Source of the DNA: Candidatus Woesearchaeota archaeon
GTDB lineage: Archaea > Nanobdellota > Nanobdellia > Woesearchaeales > ARS49
Assembly (NCBI GenBank): GCA_014729505.1
Contig: WJJS01000013.1
Coordinates: 8,457-72,456 of the forward strand
Direction: 5' to 3'
DNA length: 64,000 bases
The position numbers and the translations under genes are program-made. Each line of letters begins with the position of its first letter. Within the stretch, counting starts at the first letter, position 1. The notes under the pieces were generated by a model. That model was not told the DNA's origin. It did no database searches and worked only from the letters and a program-made list of their open reading frames with translations. Of the stretch, positions 38,334-46,647 are shown piece by piece.

Positions 38334-39525
38334 TGGGCAATAAGAAGCCTGAAAACTTCAATGTAACAGTAGAGATAAACAAGGAATACAGGATAAAGAG
38401 CAAAGACATGTCAAGAACAAGACGTACATTTCCAAGACCAGCTGCCTGAGTAGCGCCGATACCAATAGCAAAGGAAAGAATCAACGTAGCAGTAGCAATA
38501 CCCTTAGTCACCTGCAGCGTTGCAAAGATCTTCTCACCCCACGAAAAATCCCTGCTCGCTAAAGATACCATAACTGCAATAAATCGGATAACAAGATACA
38601 ATCCAAAAAGGATAAGCGATTGCCACACATACGTCATGCTCGGTGGAATAGAGATAAGCAGACCAATCAATACAAAAACCAACACATACAAGGCCCTGGA
38701 AAAAACAGATTCAATAGTAATCACCTTCTCCTTTTTCTTTTTCATGAAATTTCCAAACAACAAACCAAGAGTAGTTACAGAAAGCACACCATCACCACCA
38801 ATGTTTTCAGCAAGAACATAGGCAAGAATAGCCGAGACAATCACAGACAACGGCGTGTAGACCTTTGAATAGCGACGTTTGAGCACCTTATATAATAATA
38901 CAAATAATACCGCGCCCGCGCCGACTCCGGCCACTATCTTGATCGTCAAGGGCCGAATAATAGGAAGAAGATCCACACCAGTGCCCATCTGCCATGAAGA
39001 AGCAATATCAGCAATAATAAAAGGAATAATCACAATAATAGGAGTGTTAAAGATCGATTCAAACTTAATAACCTCTACAATACGCTGACGATAATCAGCA
39101 AGCATAGTCGTGATCACATCAGAAGAACTACCACCTACAAGCGCAGCAAAAAACACCGACTGCATCCACGACAACCCAACAATATAATGAGCGGCAATAG
39201 AGAAAAGAATCAATTCAAAAAAAAGAAAAATCGCTGTTAAACGCAAAGCACCACCCGAATGTTCTGAAAGACTACGAAGTTTAATCTTTGTTGCACCATC
39301 AAAAACAACAAGAGCAAGAGCAAGCAAAGCCGTCGTTGTCAAGAACAATTCAGGAAACTGTATAAGCCTCGCCTCACCAAGAGGAATATACGCCAACACC
39401 ATGCCTGAGAGTATAAGCAACAAAGCAGTAGGAATCTTGACACGTTCAGCAAAAAAAGAAACTATAAGACCTACGAGCAACAACACTACAAGAGAGGTTG
39501 CAATGGAAATCGCCGTAAACACCAT
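38314..39525 (-). CDS. Na+/H+ (cation:proton) antiporter, NhaP/CPA1-like
   Basis: About 11-12 TM polytopic protein. The ORF extends to 39675, but the start at MVFTAISIATS avoids overlap with cca. Confidence 0.65.
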   Translation of the reverse strand: MVFTAISIATSLVVLLLVGLIVSFFAERVKIPTALLLILSGMVLAYIPLGEARLIQFPELFLTTTALLALALVVFDGATKIKLRSLSEHSGGALRLTAIFLFFELILFSIAAHYIVGLSWMQSVFFAALVGGSSSDVITTMLADYRQRIVEVIKFESIFNTPIIVIIPFIIADIASSWQMGTGVDLLPIIRPLTIKIVAGVGAGAVLFVLLYKVLKRRYSKVYTPLSVIVSAILAYVLAENIGGDGVLSVTTLGLLFGNFMKKKKEKVITIESVFSRALYVLVFVLIGLLISIPPSMTYVWQSLILFGLYLVIRFIAVMVSLASRDFSWGEKIFATLQVTKGIATATLILSFAIGIGATQAAGLGNVRLVLDMSLLFILYSLFISTVTLKFSGFLLPNGKSSH

Positions 39526-39605
39526 CTTTTGTTCTCGAAAGTCTTTGAACGTATAAAAGGTTTGCGCGCGAAACACATAAATAGCGCGCAAGACTTGATA
39601 ACCGC

Positions 39606-40856
39606 ATGCGTCTGGCAAACCTAGTACAAGACATTGCAGCACAATTGCGACCGTCACCAACACATGAAAAAGCATACCAGCACACCATAGGTCTTTTTCT
39701 CACCCAGATCAACAAACAATTACAAGCAACACATCTCAAAGCAAAAGCAGTACTTGGTGGAAGCTTTGCAAAAGGGACGTGGCTTGCAGAAGAATTCGAC
39801 GTGGACATCTTCGTCCTCTTCGACAATTCCTACCCTGATACTGAACTCAGCGATTTGCTCGAGCGCGCACTCCAACCCTTCTCACCAACACGAGTGCATG
39901 GAAGTCGCGATTACTACCACATAAACGACAAAACGATACGCTATGAAATCGTACCTGTCACTGCTATTGATAAACCAGAACAAGCGCGCAATGTTACCGA
40001 CTTTAGCCCATTACATGTTCAATGGGTACAAAAGAATGCAGGCACTTTACGCGACGATATCAGAGTTGCAAAACAATGGTTTAAAGCACAGCGACTCTAC
40101 GGAGCAGAGAGCTACCTTCATGGTTTTTCAGGGCACGTACTCGACATACTCGTCATCCATTACAAAGGTTTTCTTGCATTATTACGAAAAAGCAAAGAAT
40201 GGACAGCGCCAGTCATACTAGACCCTGAAAAGCATTACAAAGGACGAATACTACACCACCTCAACAAATCAAAAACACAAGGACCTCTCATCATTGTTGA
40301 TCCACTTGATAAAACACGAAACGCAGCAGCAGCAGTAGGACAGAACACCTTTATACGATTCAAAAAACAAGCACAAGCATTCCTCGATGCGCCAAGTGCA
40401 GACGCATTTACCCTTCCAGTCATAACGATCAAAGAACTGAAAACTAAAGCCGACATTATCATTGAAGCCAAAGCGAAAAAAGGAAAAGTAGATGTCGTCG
40501 GCACAAAACTCTACAAAGTACATGAACATCTCATTCGTGCTCTGCAAGACTTTAAGATCATTACCGCAGACTGGCATTGGAAGCCAGGCAAGACCGCGCT
40601 GCTCTGGTATACTGTCAAACACCACACACTGTCAAAAACAAAAGAAGTACAAGGACCTCCACTCAACATCAAAGAAGCAGTGAAGCGATTTAAACAAAAA
40701 CACCCCCGCACGTACGAAAAATCAGGACGGCTCTATGCGACCGTCAACAGAACACATCGCACACCACACAGCACAATACAAGCAGCCCTGAAGAGCACAT
40801 ACGTCACCTCGAGAGTCATGCAGACCAAAATCCTCAAAGCCCCAAAAGATTTATAA
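39606..40856 (+). CDS. cca: tRNA CCA-adding enzyme (archaeal class I nucleotidyltransferase)
   Basis: GGSFAKGTWLAEEFDVDIFV nucleotidyltransferase GS...D.D motif; about 416 aa. Confidence 0.85.
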   Translation: MRLANLVQDIAAQLRPSPTHEKAYQHTIGLFLTQINKQLQATHLKAKAVLGGSFAKGTWLAEEFDVDIFVLFDNSYPDTELSDLLERALQPFSPTRVHGSRDYYHINDKTIRYEIVPVTAIDKPEQARNVTDFSPLHVQWVQKNAGTLRDDIRVAKQWFKAQRLYGAESYLHGFSGHVLDILVIHYKGFLALLRKSKEWTAPVILDPEKHYKGRILHHLNKSKTQGPLIIVDPLDKTRNAAAAVGQNTFIRFKKQAQAFLDAPSADAFTLPVITIKELKTKADIIIEAKAKKGKVDVVGTKLYKVHEHLIRALQDFKIITADWHWKPGKTALLWYTVKHHTLSKTKEVQGPPLNIKEAVKRFKQKHPRTYEKSGRLYATVNRTHRTPHSTIQAALKSTYVTSRVMQTKILKAPKDL

Positions 40857-40879
40857 ATACCTGCTTGAGACCTCAACAT

Positions 40880-41338
40880 ATGGCACGAATGCACAGTCGT
40901 CGCAAAGGAAAGAGCACAAGCAGCTCACCACTACAACCAACAAAGCCCACCTGGCTTAGTTATTCAGCAAAAGAAGTAGAACTCCTCGTGACAAAACTCG
41001 CAAAAGAAGGAAAAAACGCCGCAATAATCGGCACTATACTTCGCGACAGTTACGGCATTCCCTCAGTACACTTGCTCACAAACAAGAAAATAACAACACT
41101 CTTAGAAGAAAAAAAACTACAAGGACAATTTCCAGATGATATGATGAGCCTGCTGCGACGCTCAGTACAAATCAGAAAACACCTGGAGCGCAACAAACAC
41201 GACAAAACAGCTCTACGCGGCCTACAATTAACCGAATCAAAAATTCTTCGATTAGCAAAATATTACAAAAACACAAAGAAACTAGCAACAGATTGGAAGT
41301 ACAATCCACAAGAAATATCGCTGCTCGCTTCTGATTAA
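40880..41338 (+). CDS. rps15: ribosomal protein S15 (uS15; S13e)
   Basis: MARMHSRRKGKS... N-terminus and conserved C-terminal S15 helix. Confidence 0.9.
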   Translation: MARMHSRRKGKSTSSSPLQPTKPTWLSYSAKEVELLVTKLAKEGKNAAIIGTILRDSYGIPSVHLLTNKKITTLLEEKKLQGQFPDDMMSLLRRSVQIRKHLERNKHDKTALRGLQLTESKILRLAKYYKNTKKLATDWKYNPQEISLLASD

Positions 41339-41416
41339 CGCTCTTTTTGTAACAGACCAAGTACGATACTGATAGAATTATCAGTCAACACTTATGGCAA
41401 TGCTACAGCAATACCA

Positions 41417-41692
41417 TTAATTTTTAAGAATACTGCGAATAGAATCAATGCGATCAGCAACATCAAAACCACGTTTTGTTAAAGTAAGCAGCTTGAGACG
41501 TCCCTGCTTATCAAAATTAATCAATCCCTCACGCTCCATTTCCTGGAGAATCTTAACGACGTGGGAATACGTGCAATCGATTTGTTTTGCAAGAGAAGAA
41601 GCATATACATCCGCTTTCGCGTTCTTAAGCTCGACGAGCATCATCGCCGGTTTTTCACGAAAAAATGTTTTGAATATTTCTTTATTTTTCAC
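41417..41692 (-). CDS. small winged-HTH transcriptional regulator
   Basis: 91 aa; HTH in LAKQIDCTYSHVVKILQEMEREGLI. Confidence 0.6.
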   Translation of the reverse strand: MKNKEIFKTFFREKPAMMLVELKNAKADVYASSLAKQIDCTYSHVVKILQEMEREGLINFDKQGRLKLLTLTKRGFDVADRIDSIRSILKN

Positions 41693-41800
41693 TCTTCCAA
41701 CCCCAAACAGATACTAAAAAAAACATATTCGTGCCGATATTTAAATGTTTCGAAATGACCGCTCATCGACGATAATAACAGATTCGCCACGAATAACAAA

Positions 41801-41808
41801 TTATATTA
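41801..41808 (+). promoter_or_regulatory. archaeal TATA box for the XPD-like helicase gene
   Basis: ttatatta centred about 27 bp upstream of the ATG at 41832. Confidence 0.45.
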
Positions 41809-41831
41809 AGGAACTCTCTGGCCGAGCAGAC

Positions 41832-43694
41832 ATGGACTTTCTCTTTGCACATCCACAATTACGAAAAGAACAAGCAAAACTCGCACAAGCCATTTTCAAG
41901 ACGATACAAGATAAAGGACAACTCGTTGCCCACGCACCAACAGGACTGGGAAAAACAGCAGCAAGTCTTGGACCCGCGCTTACCATAGCACAACAACAAA
42001 AACTTACCATCTTCTATCTCACTTCACGACATACACAACACCGCATCGTTTTAGAAACAGTCAATAACATTAACACACTCCACGGCACAGCATTTTGTGC
42101 CACTTCAGTCATTGGAAAAAAATGGATGTGCCTACAAGAAGGAGCAGAACAAATGAACGCAGGAGATTTCTTTGCATTTTGCAGAACACTACGTAAAGAC
42201 AACAAGTGCCTTTTTTACACGAAAGCCCGAGGAAAAGGAAACGTTGTTGCAGACATTGCACTCACACAATTGCGCAGTAGCCCTGCAACAGCAGAGCGCA
42301 TCATTGAAGAAAGCAAAAAACACGAACTGTGCCCGTATGAAGTAGGGCTCATGTATGCAGAACAAGCAGACGTCATTATCGCGGACTATTTTTATCTCTT
42401 TTACCCACACATACGGGATCGTTTCCTCGACAAAATAAAAAAACGACTAGAAGAAAGCATTCTCATAATAGACGAAGGACATAACCTGCCACATCGATTA
42501 CGAGACATCCTCTCAAAAAAAATGACAAGCATCATGATCAAAGGAGCACGAACAGAAGCAGAAAAATATGAACTGGAAGACATAAAAGAACCACTAGAAG
42601 AACTCGAACGATTACTTACCAGTCTTAGTCCAGCACCAGGAAAAGAACGACTCCTCACAAAAGAACAACTACACAAGACTATTACTACCATCAAACCATA
42701 TGATGAATTCGTAGCAGAACTCGTATTTTGCGGAGAACTCGTTCTTTCACAACAAAAACAAAGCAGAATAGCGTGGATCGCCTCATTTCTAGAAGAATGG
42801 ACTGCTCACGACAAAGGATTTGCACGCATCATCTCGCGAGATAACACACAAACCACGATCACACTGCGCTGTCTAGACCCCGCACTGTTGAGCAAAGACG
42901 CCACACAACAAGCATACGCAAGCATACTCATGAGCGGAACACTCACGCCGCCAGAAATGTACCGCGACGTGCTGGGATTTACAAAAGCAAACACGCAAGA
43001 ATTCCGCAGCCCATTTGAACAACACAAACGACTGCCCATCATTATTCCAAAAACAACAACAAAATTCACAAAAAGAAGCGAAACAGAATTCAAACGGATA
43101 GCCGCAGTCTGTGCATCAACTGCAAACACAATACCTGGCAATGTCATCATCTTTTTTCCAAGCTATCACCTTCGAGATAAAATCTATGAACACTTCATTG
43201 AATGGTATGATCACACCATCTTCATGGAACAACCAGGACTAACACAAGAGAAAAAAAACGAACTCCTTGAGCGATTCAGCACACACAAAGAACGAGGAGC
43301 ATGTCTTTTAGCAGTCTCAACAGGATCATTTGGTGAAGGAGTAGACCTTCCAGGAGTACTAAAAGGAGTGCTCATTGTCGGCCTACCACTTAATAAACCA
43401 GATCTTGAAACACAAGAACTCATAAAATATTACGATCAACAACTCGGAAAAGGATGGGATTACGGGTACACACAACCTGCGATGAACAAAACATTTCAAA
43501 ACGCGGGACGATGCATACGAACAGAAAACGATTATGGCGTGCTCGCATTTATCGATGAACGCTACGCCTGGGAACAATACAGAAAATGCTTTCCAAAAAG
43601 CTGGGATGTACACCTCAGCCACGATCATTTAGCAGACATCGAGGACTTCTTTCTCACACATCAACGCAGATGCCAAAAGATGAAAAAACAGTAA
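41832..43694 (+). CDS. xpd: XPD/Rad3-family Fe-S DNA helicase
   Basis: Walker A HAPTGLGKT, DEGH box (IIDEGHNL), four-Cys Fe-S insert (FCATS...WMC...FC...KC), C-terminal helicase motifs. Confidence 0.9.
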   Translation: MDFLFAHPQLRKEQAKLAQAIFKTIQDKGQLVAHAPTGLGKTAASLGPALTIAQQQKLTIFYLTSRHTQHRIVLETVNNINTLHGTAFCATSVIGKKWMCLQEGAEQMNAGDFFAFCRTLRKDNKCLFYTKARGKGNVVADIALTQLRSSPATAERIIEESKKHELCPYEVGLMYAEQADVIIADYFYLFYPHIRDRFLDKIKKRLEESILIIDEGHNLPHRLRDILSKKMTSIMIKGARTEAEKYELEDIKEPLEELERLLTSLSPAPGKERLLTKEQLHKTITTIKPYDEFVAELVFCGELVLSQQKQSRIAWIASFLEEWTAHDKGFARIISRDNTQTTITLRCLDPALLSKDATQQAYASILMSGTLTPPEMYRDVLGFTKANTQEFRSPFEQHKRLPIIIPKTTTKFTKRSETEFKRIAAVCASTANTIPGNVIIFFPSYHLRDKIYEHFIEWYDHTIFMEQPGLTQEKKNELLERFSTHKERGACLLAVSTGSFGEGVDLPGVLKGVLIVGLPLNKPDLETQELIKYYDQQLGKGWDYGYTQPAMNKTFQNAGRCIRTENDYGVLAFIDERYAWEQYRKCFPKSWDVHLSHDHLADIEDFFLTHQRRCQKMKKQ

Positions 43695-43727
43695 TGTTTT
43701 TAAAGCACCTCTAAGTTCGCAGGAAGT

Positions 43728-43892
43728 ATGGAACAATGTAGTTCATGCAAAGCAAATATTGCGAACAAACCGGGCACTGTTACCTTTGCGTGTCCACAAT
43801 GCGGAAAAACAACAATCATTCGCTGTCCGAACTGTCGAAAAACAGCAGCAAAATACATCTGTTCAGAATGCGGATTTGAGGGACCTAACTAA
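43728..43892 (+). CDS. Zn-ribbon protein preceding aEF-1beta (COG2888-like), 54 aa
   Basis: Below the ORF-track cutoff. MEQCSSCKANIANKPGTVTFACPQCGKTTIIRCPNCRKTAAKYICSECGFEGPN has four CxxC pairs. TATA tttttaaag centred about 28 bp upstream; its stop overlaps the aEF-1beta ATG. Confidence 0.6.
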   Translation: MEQCSSCKANIANKPGTVTFACPQCGKTTIIRCPNCRKTAAKYICSECGFEGPN

Positions 43893-44176
43893 TGGCAGTA
43901 GAAGTTATTACACTCCATATCATGCCAGTGGATCCAGACGTTGATCTTGAAAAAATCCTGCACCAAACACTTGACTACCTGCGAAAATTCACAAACAAAG
44001 AAGATATGGAGAGCAAGCACCAGATCAAACCAATGGCATTTGGTCTTCAAATGCTTGAAATTATCTTTGTGCGCCAGGAAGGACAAGGCAGCCTTGAGAA
44101 TCTCAGCAAGGATATTAACGCATTTGAAGGCGTAAAAAGCGTTGATATTGCAGACATGCGACGCGCTATTGGCTAA
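43892..44176 (+). CDS. ef1b: translation elongation factor 1-beta
   Basis: LHIMPVDPDVDLEKI...IKPMAFGLQMLEIIFV...EGVKSVDIADMRR matches archaeal aEF-1beta. Confidence 0.85.
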   Translation: MAVEVITLHIMPVDPDVDLEKILHQTLDYLRKFTNKEDMESKHQIKPMAFGLQMLEIIFVRQEGQGSLENLSKDINAFEGVKSVDIADMRRAIG

Positions 44177-45224
44177 GCAACTCAAGACATTCTTTTAACG
44201 GCATTGTCGTGCGAATACTATTAGGATTGAAATGAGTGCGCGACGCAGCATAACCCATCGATCTCATACGCATCATCACACTATCCAAGGGCGGAACTGT
44301 GCATTTCTTACGCTTACACCACGACGGAGGATCAAAAAAACCCACCACAGGAATGGCGGCTTCTTGTTCAATAACTGAAAAAAATTTCTCATGATGACCC
44401 TGAGCCAGCGCGCGCATCTTTTTGACGAGCAATACATCCCACAATGGACCATCATAAAACGGTCCGAACTCCTGAGCAGTACCACATGATGCAGAATATG
44501 CAAGACCACAACAAGAACACCACCAGGCACTCACGTGGCGAGCAAGTTCTTTATCCACAGCAGACTTTCCCGGCCTTGCCATCATGTACGCCCTCACATA
44601 ATGCCTCGTAGCGTGCACAAAGACAGGCACAAGAGCTTTATCATACTGCGCGCCAATCAATTGCACTTTGCGAATAAGAATGCGCAACCCGATCTCATGC
44701 ATGAGTTCATTACGCAAAGGCCGCGACCAGTACTTTCGAGCGCAAGCCTTGGGATACGTCCCTGCAAGCGCTGCAGTATCAGTAGCAGTCACTGCAAGAA
44801 TACCTCCTCGAGACATTCTTTTACAACTGGCATCAAGAAAAGGATTGGGTGATCCAAAAACATCAAGATCAATATACTCAAAACCTCCAGAAGAAAGCAG
44901 CAATTCATTAGCATCCCTGTTTTCAATATCAAACCGTACCTCATTCATCTTCGCATTTGAACGCATCAAAGAAACAGCCCGAGGATTAACATCATTTGCA
45001 CATATTACTGCTTCAGGCACCTGCTTAGCAAAACGGATAGCACGAATACCGGACGCTGCAAGAGGCAAACACATCCTTTGAGGCCTGAGCACCCCGACTA
45101 GTAGAACAGAAATATCGCGATTAAAAGCCATGTGCGGATTATAAAAGACAGGCATCTTTTTTGATATGCCGACGGCCTTTGGGATACGAATACGCGCAGA
45201 ACCTTCAACAATCGTAGGCATCAC
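44166..45224 (-). CDS. trm1: tRNA (guanine26-N2)-dimethyltransferase
   Basis: VFYNPHMAFNRDISV Trm1 signature plus C-terminal Cys cluster (WWCSCCG...SC). Confidence 0.85.
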   Translation of the reverse strand: MMPTIVEGSARIRIPKAVGISKKMPVFYNPHMAFNRDISVLLVGVLRPQRMCLPLAASGIRAIRFAKQVPEAVICANDVNPRAVSLMRSNAKMNEVRFDIENRDANELLLSSGGFEYIDLDVFGSPNPFLDASCKRMSRGGILAVTATDTAALAGTYPKACARKYWSRPLRNELMHEIGLRILIRKVQLIGAQYDKALVPVFVHATRHYVRAYMMARPGKSAVDKELARHVSAWWCSCCGLAYSASCGTAQEFGPFYDGPLWDVLLVKKMRALAQGHHEKFFSVIEQEAAIPVVGFFDPPSWCKRKKCTVPPLDSVMMRMRSMGYAASRTHFNPNSIRTTMPLKECLELLSQ

Positions 45225-45589
45225 CGATCCTGATCACGACACTCAACAGAACAATACACGCGACGCACATGCTCCACTTCACGTTCAAAAATATCATCTG
45301 ACTCCTGATCGAGCACCTTGCCACAGGTATAACATTCCGCCATAGAACCACCATGAAGTTCGCCATGCATGAAACCTTCCTCCCACGGTTCGATCTCATC
45401 ATTTTCCATCTCTTCATCAAGTCCTTCTTCACTATACACATCAACAGGAGTCTCACCAATGTGCATCTGCATCTCTATCTCATCACTCGTCTCAGTATGT
45501 TCTTCAGGCTCATCAAGAAATTCAAATTCCTCAGGTTCTATACCTTCCTCTTCATAGTCACCATCAAAGATGCTCTTTTTTTTCGCCAT
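45221..45589 (-). CDS. acidic protein with C-terminal Cys pairs
   Basis: Start taken at MAKKKSIFDG. Highly acidic (E/D-rich); C-terminal CYTCGK...YCSVEC. Confidence 0.4.
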   Translation of the reverse strand: MAKKKSIFDGDYEEEGIEPEEFEFLDEPEEHTETSDEIEMQMHIGETPVDVYSEEGLDEEMENDEIEPWEEGFMHGELHGGSMAECYTCGKVLDQESDDIFEREVEHVRRVYCSVECRDQDR

Positions 45590-45898
45590 ACACGTGTCTT
45601 TGCCATCACAATATTTAACAGTTTCGGTCAGTACCTGACACGTACTGCCACACGACAGCGAGATGAACACTTGCCATTTATCGCACAGAATTATTTCTGT
45701 AATTCAAAAAAGGGATAGTACTTGTTACGAGGACCATGCGCCGTCCTAGACAATACTGCGCAAATGTCCTGTGCACCCACACGAATAGACACATCGCTTC
45801 TAGCCAGCAAACCAGCGCAGTAGCAGACCGGTCTTGGCATCAGTATACAACAGAGTTAGCCCAGCTACTTATGCTAGCGCAGTATTCCTCTTCCGTTT

Positions 45899-46591
45899 TT
45901 ACCAATACCGCCACGCAATCACAATCAACACTACAATTAAGAACAGACCAAACGATAACCAACCTAAGTACTTTTCCACAAACTTCTCAATACGCTTGCC
46001 AAAAAAGAAGAGCAAGGATGCTTCAAGAAAAAAGCGCAGACCACGACCCGCGAGACTGGCAATAAAAAAAACCCACAAATCAATAGACCAAAAACCAGCA
46101 GCAATAGTGAAGACCTTGTAAGGAATAGGAGTAAACGCAGCACCAGCAATAGTGAGAAACGCACCAGCAGAGAAATACTCACCCACAATGGCAAATTCAT
46201 CATGCAACGACCAACTGTCAAGGATAAGCTGCCCAACAGAATCAAAAAGAACCGCTCCGACATAATAACCCAACAATCCGCCAAGCACAGATCCTACCGT
46301 TCCCACAACAGCATACCAGAACGCACGAGAAGGTCGCGCCAATGCAAGCAGCACAATGAGCGTGTCTGGAGGCAAAGGAAAGATACTGCTTTCAAGAAAA
46401 GCAACAATAAAGAGCACAAGAGCAGCATACTTCGTATACGCCCAACTCAATACCCACGCATACATTCGTCGAAGCCAGGCACTCGCACTCTTATGCCAGC
46501 GCACCAGACGATCAAAGACCACATTCATGACGTACGAGTACCTGACTGATATAAAAGAGTAGCGCGCACCACACACAAGGATCACAAACAT
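45899..46591 (-). CDS. DedA/YqaA-family membrane protein
   Basis: ALVLFIVAFLESSIFPLPPDTLIVLLA is the DedA/SNARE-associated signature region. Confidence 0.7.
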   Translation of the reverse strand: MFVILVCGARYSFISVRYSYVMNVVFDRLVRWHKSASAWLRRMYAWVLSWAYTKYAALVLFIVAFLESSIFPLPPDTLIVLLALARPSRAFWYAVVGTVGSVLGGLLGYYVGAVLFDSVGQLILDSWSLHDEFAIVGEYFSAGAFLTIAGAAFTPIPYKVFTIAAGFWSIDLWVFFIASLAGRGLRFFLEASLLFFFGKRIEKFVEKYLGWLSFGLFLIVVLIVIAWRYW

Positions 46592-46647
46592 TCACTATTT
46601 ATTAATAATGACAAAAGATTATAAAGAAAGTTCAGCTTTCTTATAGT

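Noticed and set aside
45590-45898. 309-bp gap with duplicated agcgcagta words examined as a tRNA or repeat
   Set aside because: No consistent cloverleaf; the duplication is too short (9 nt) to call.
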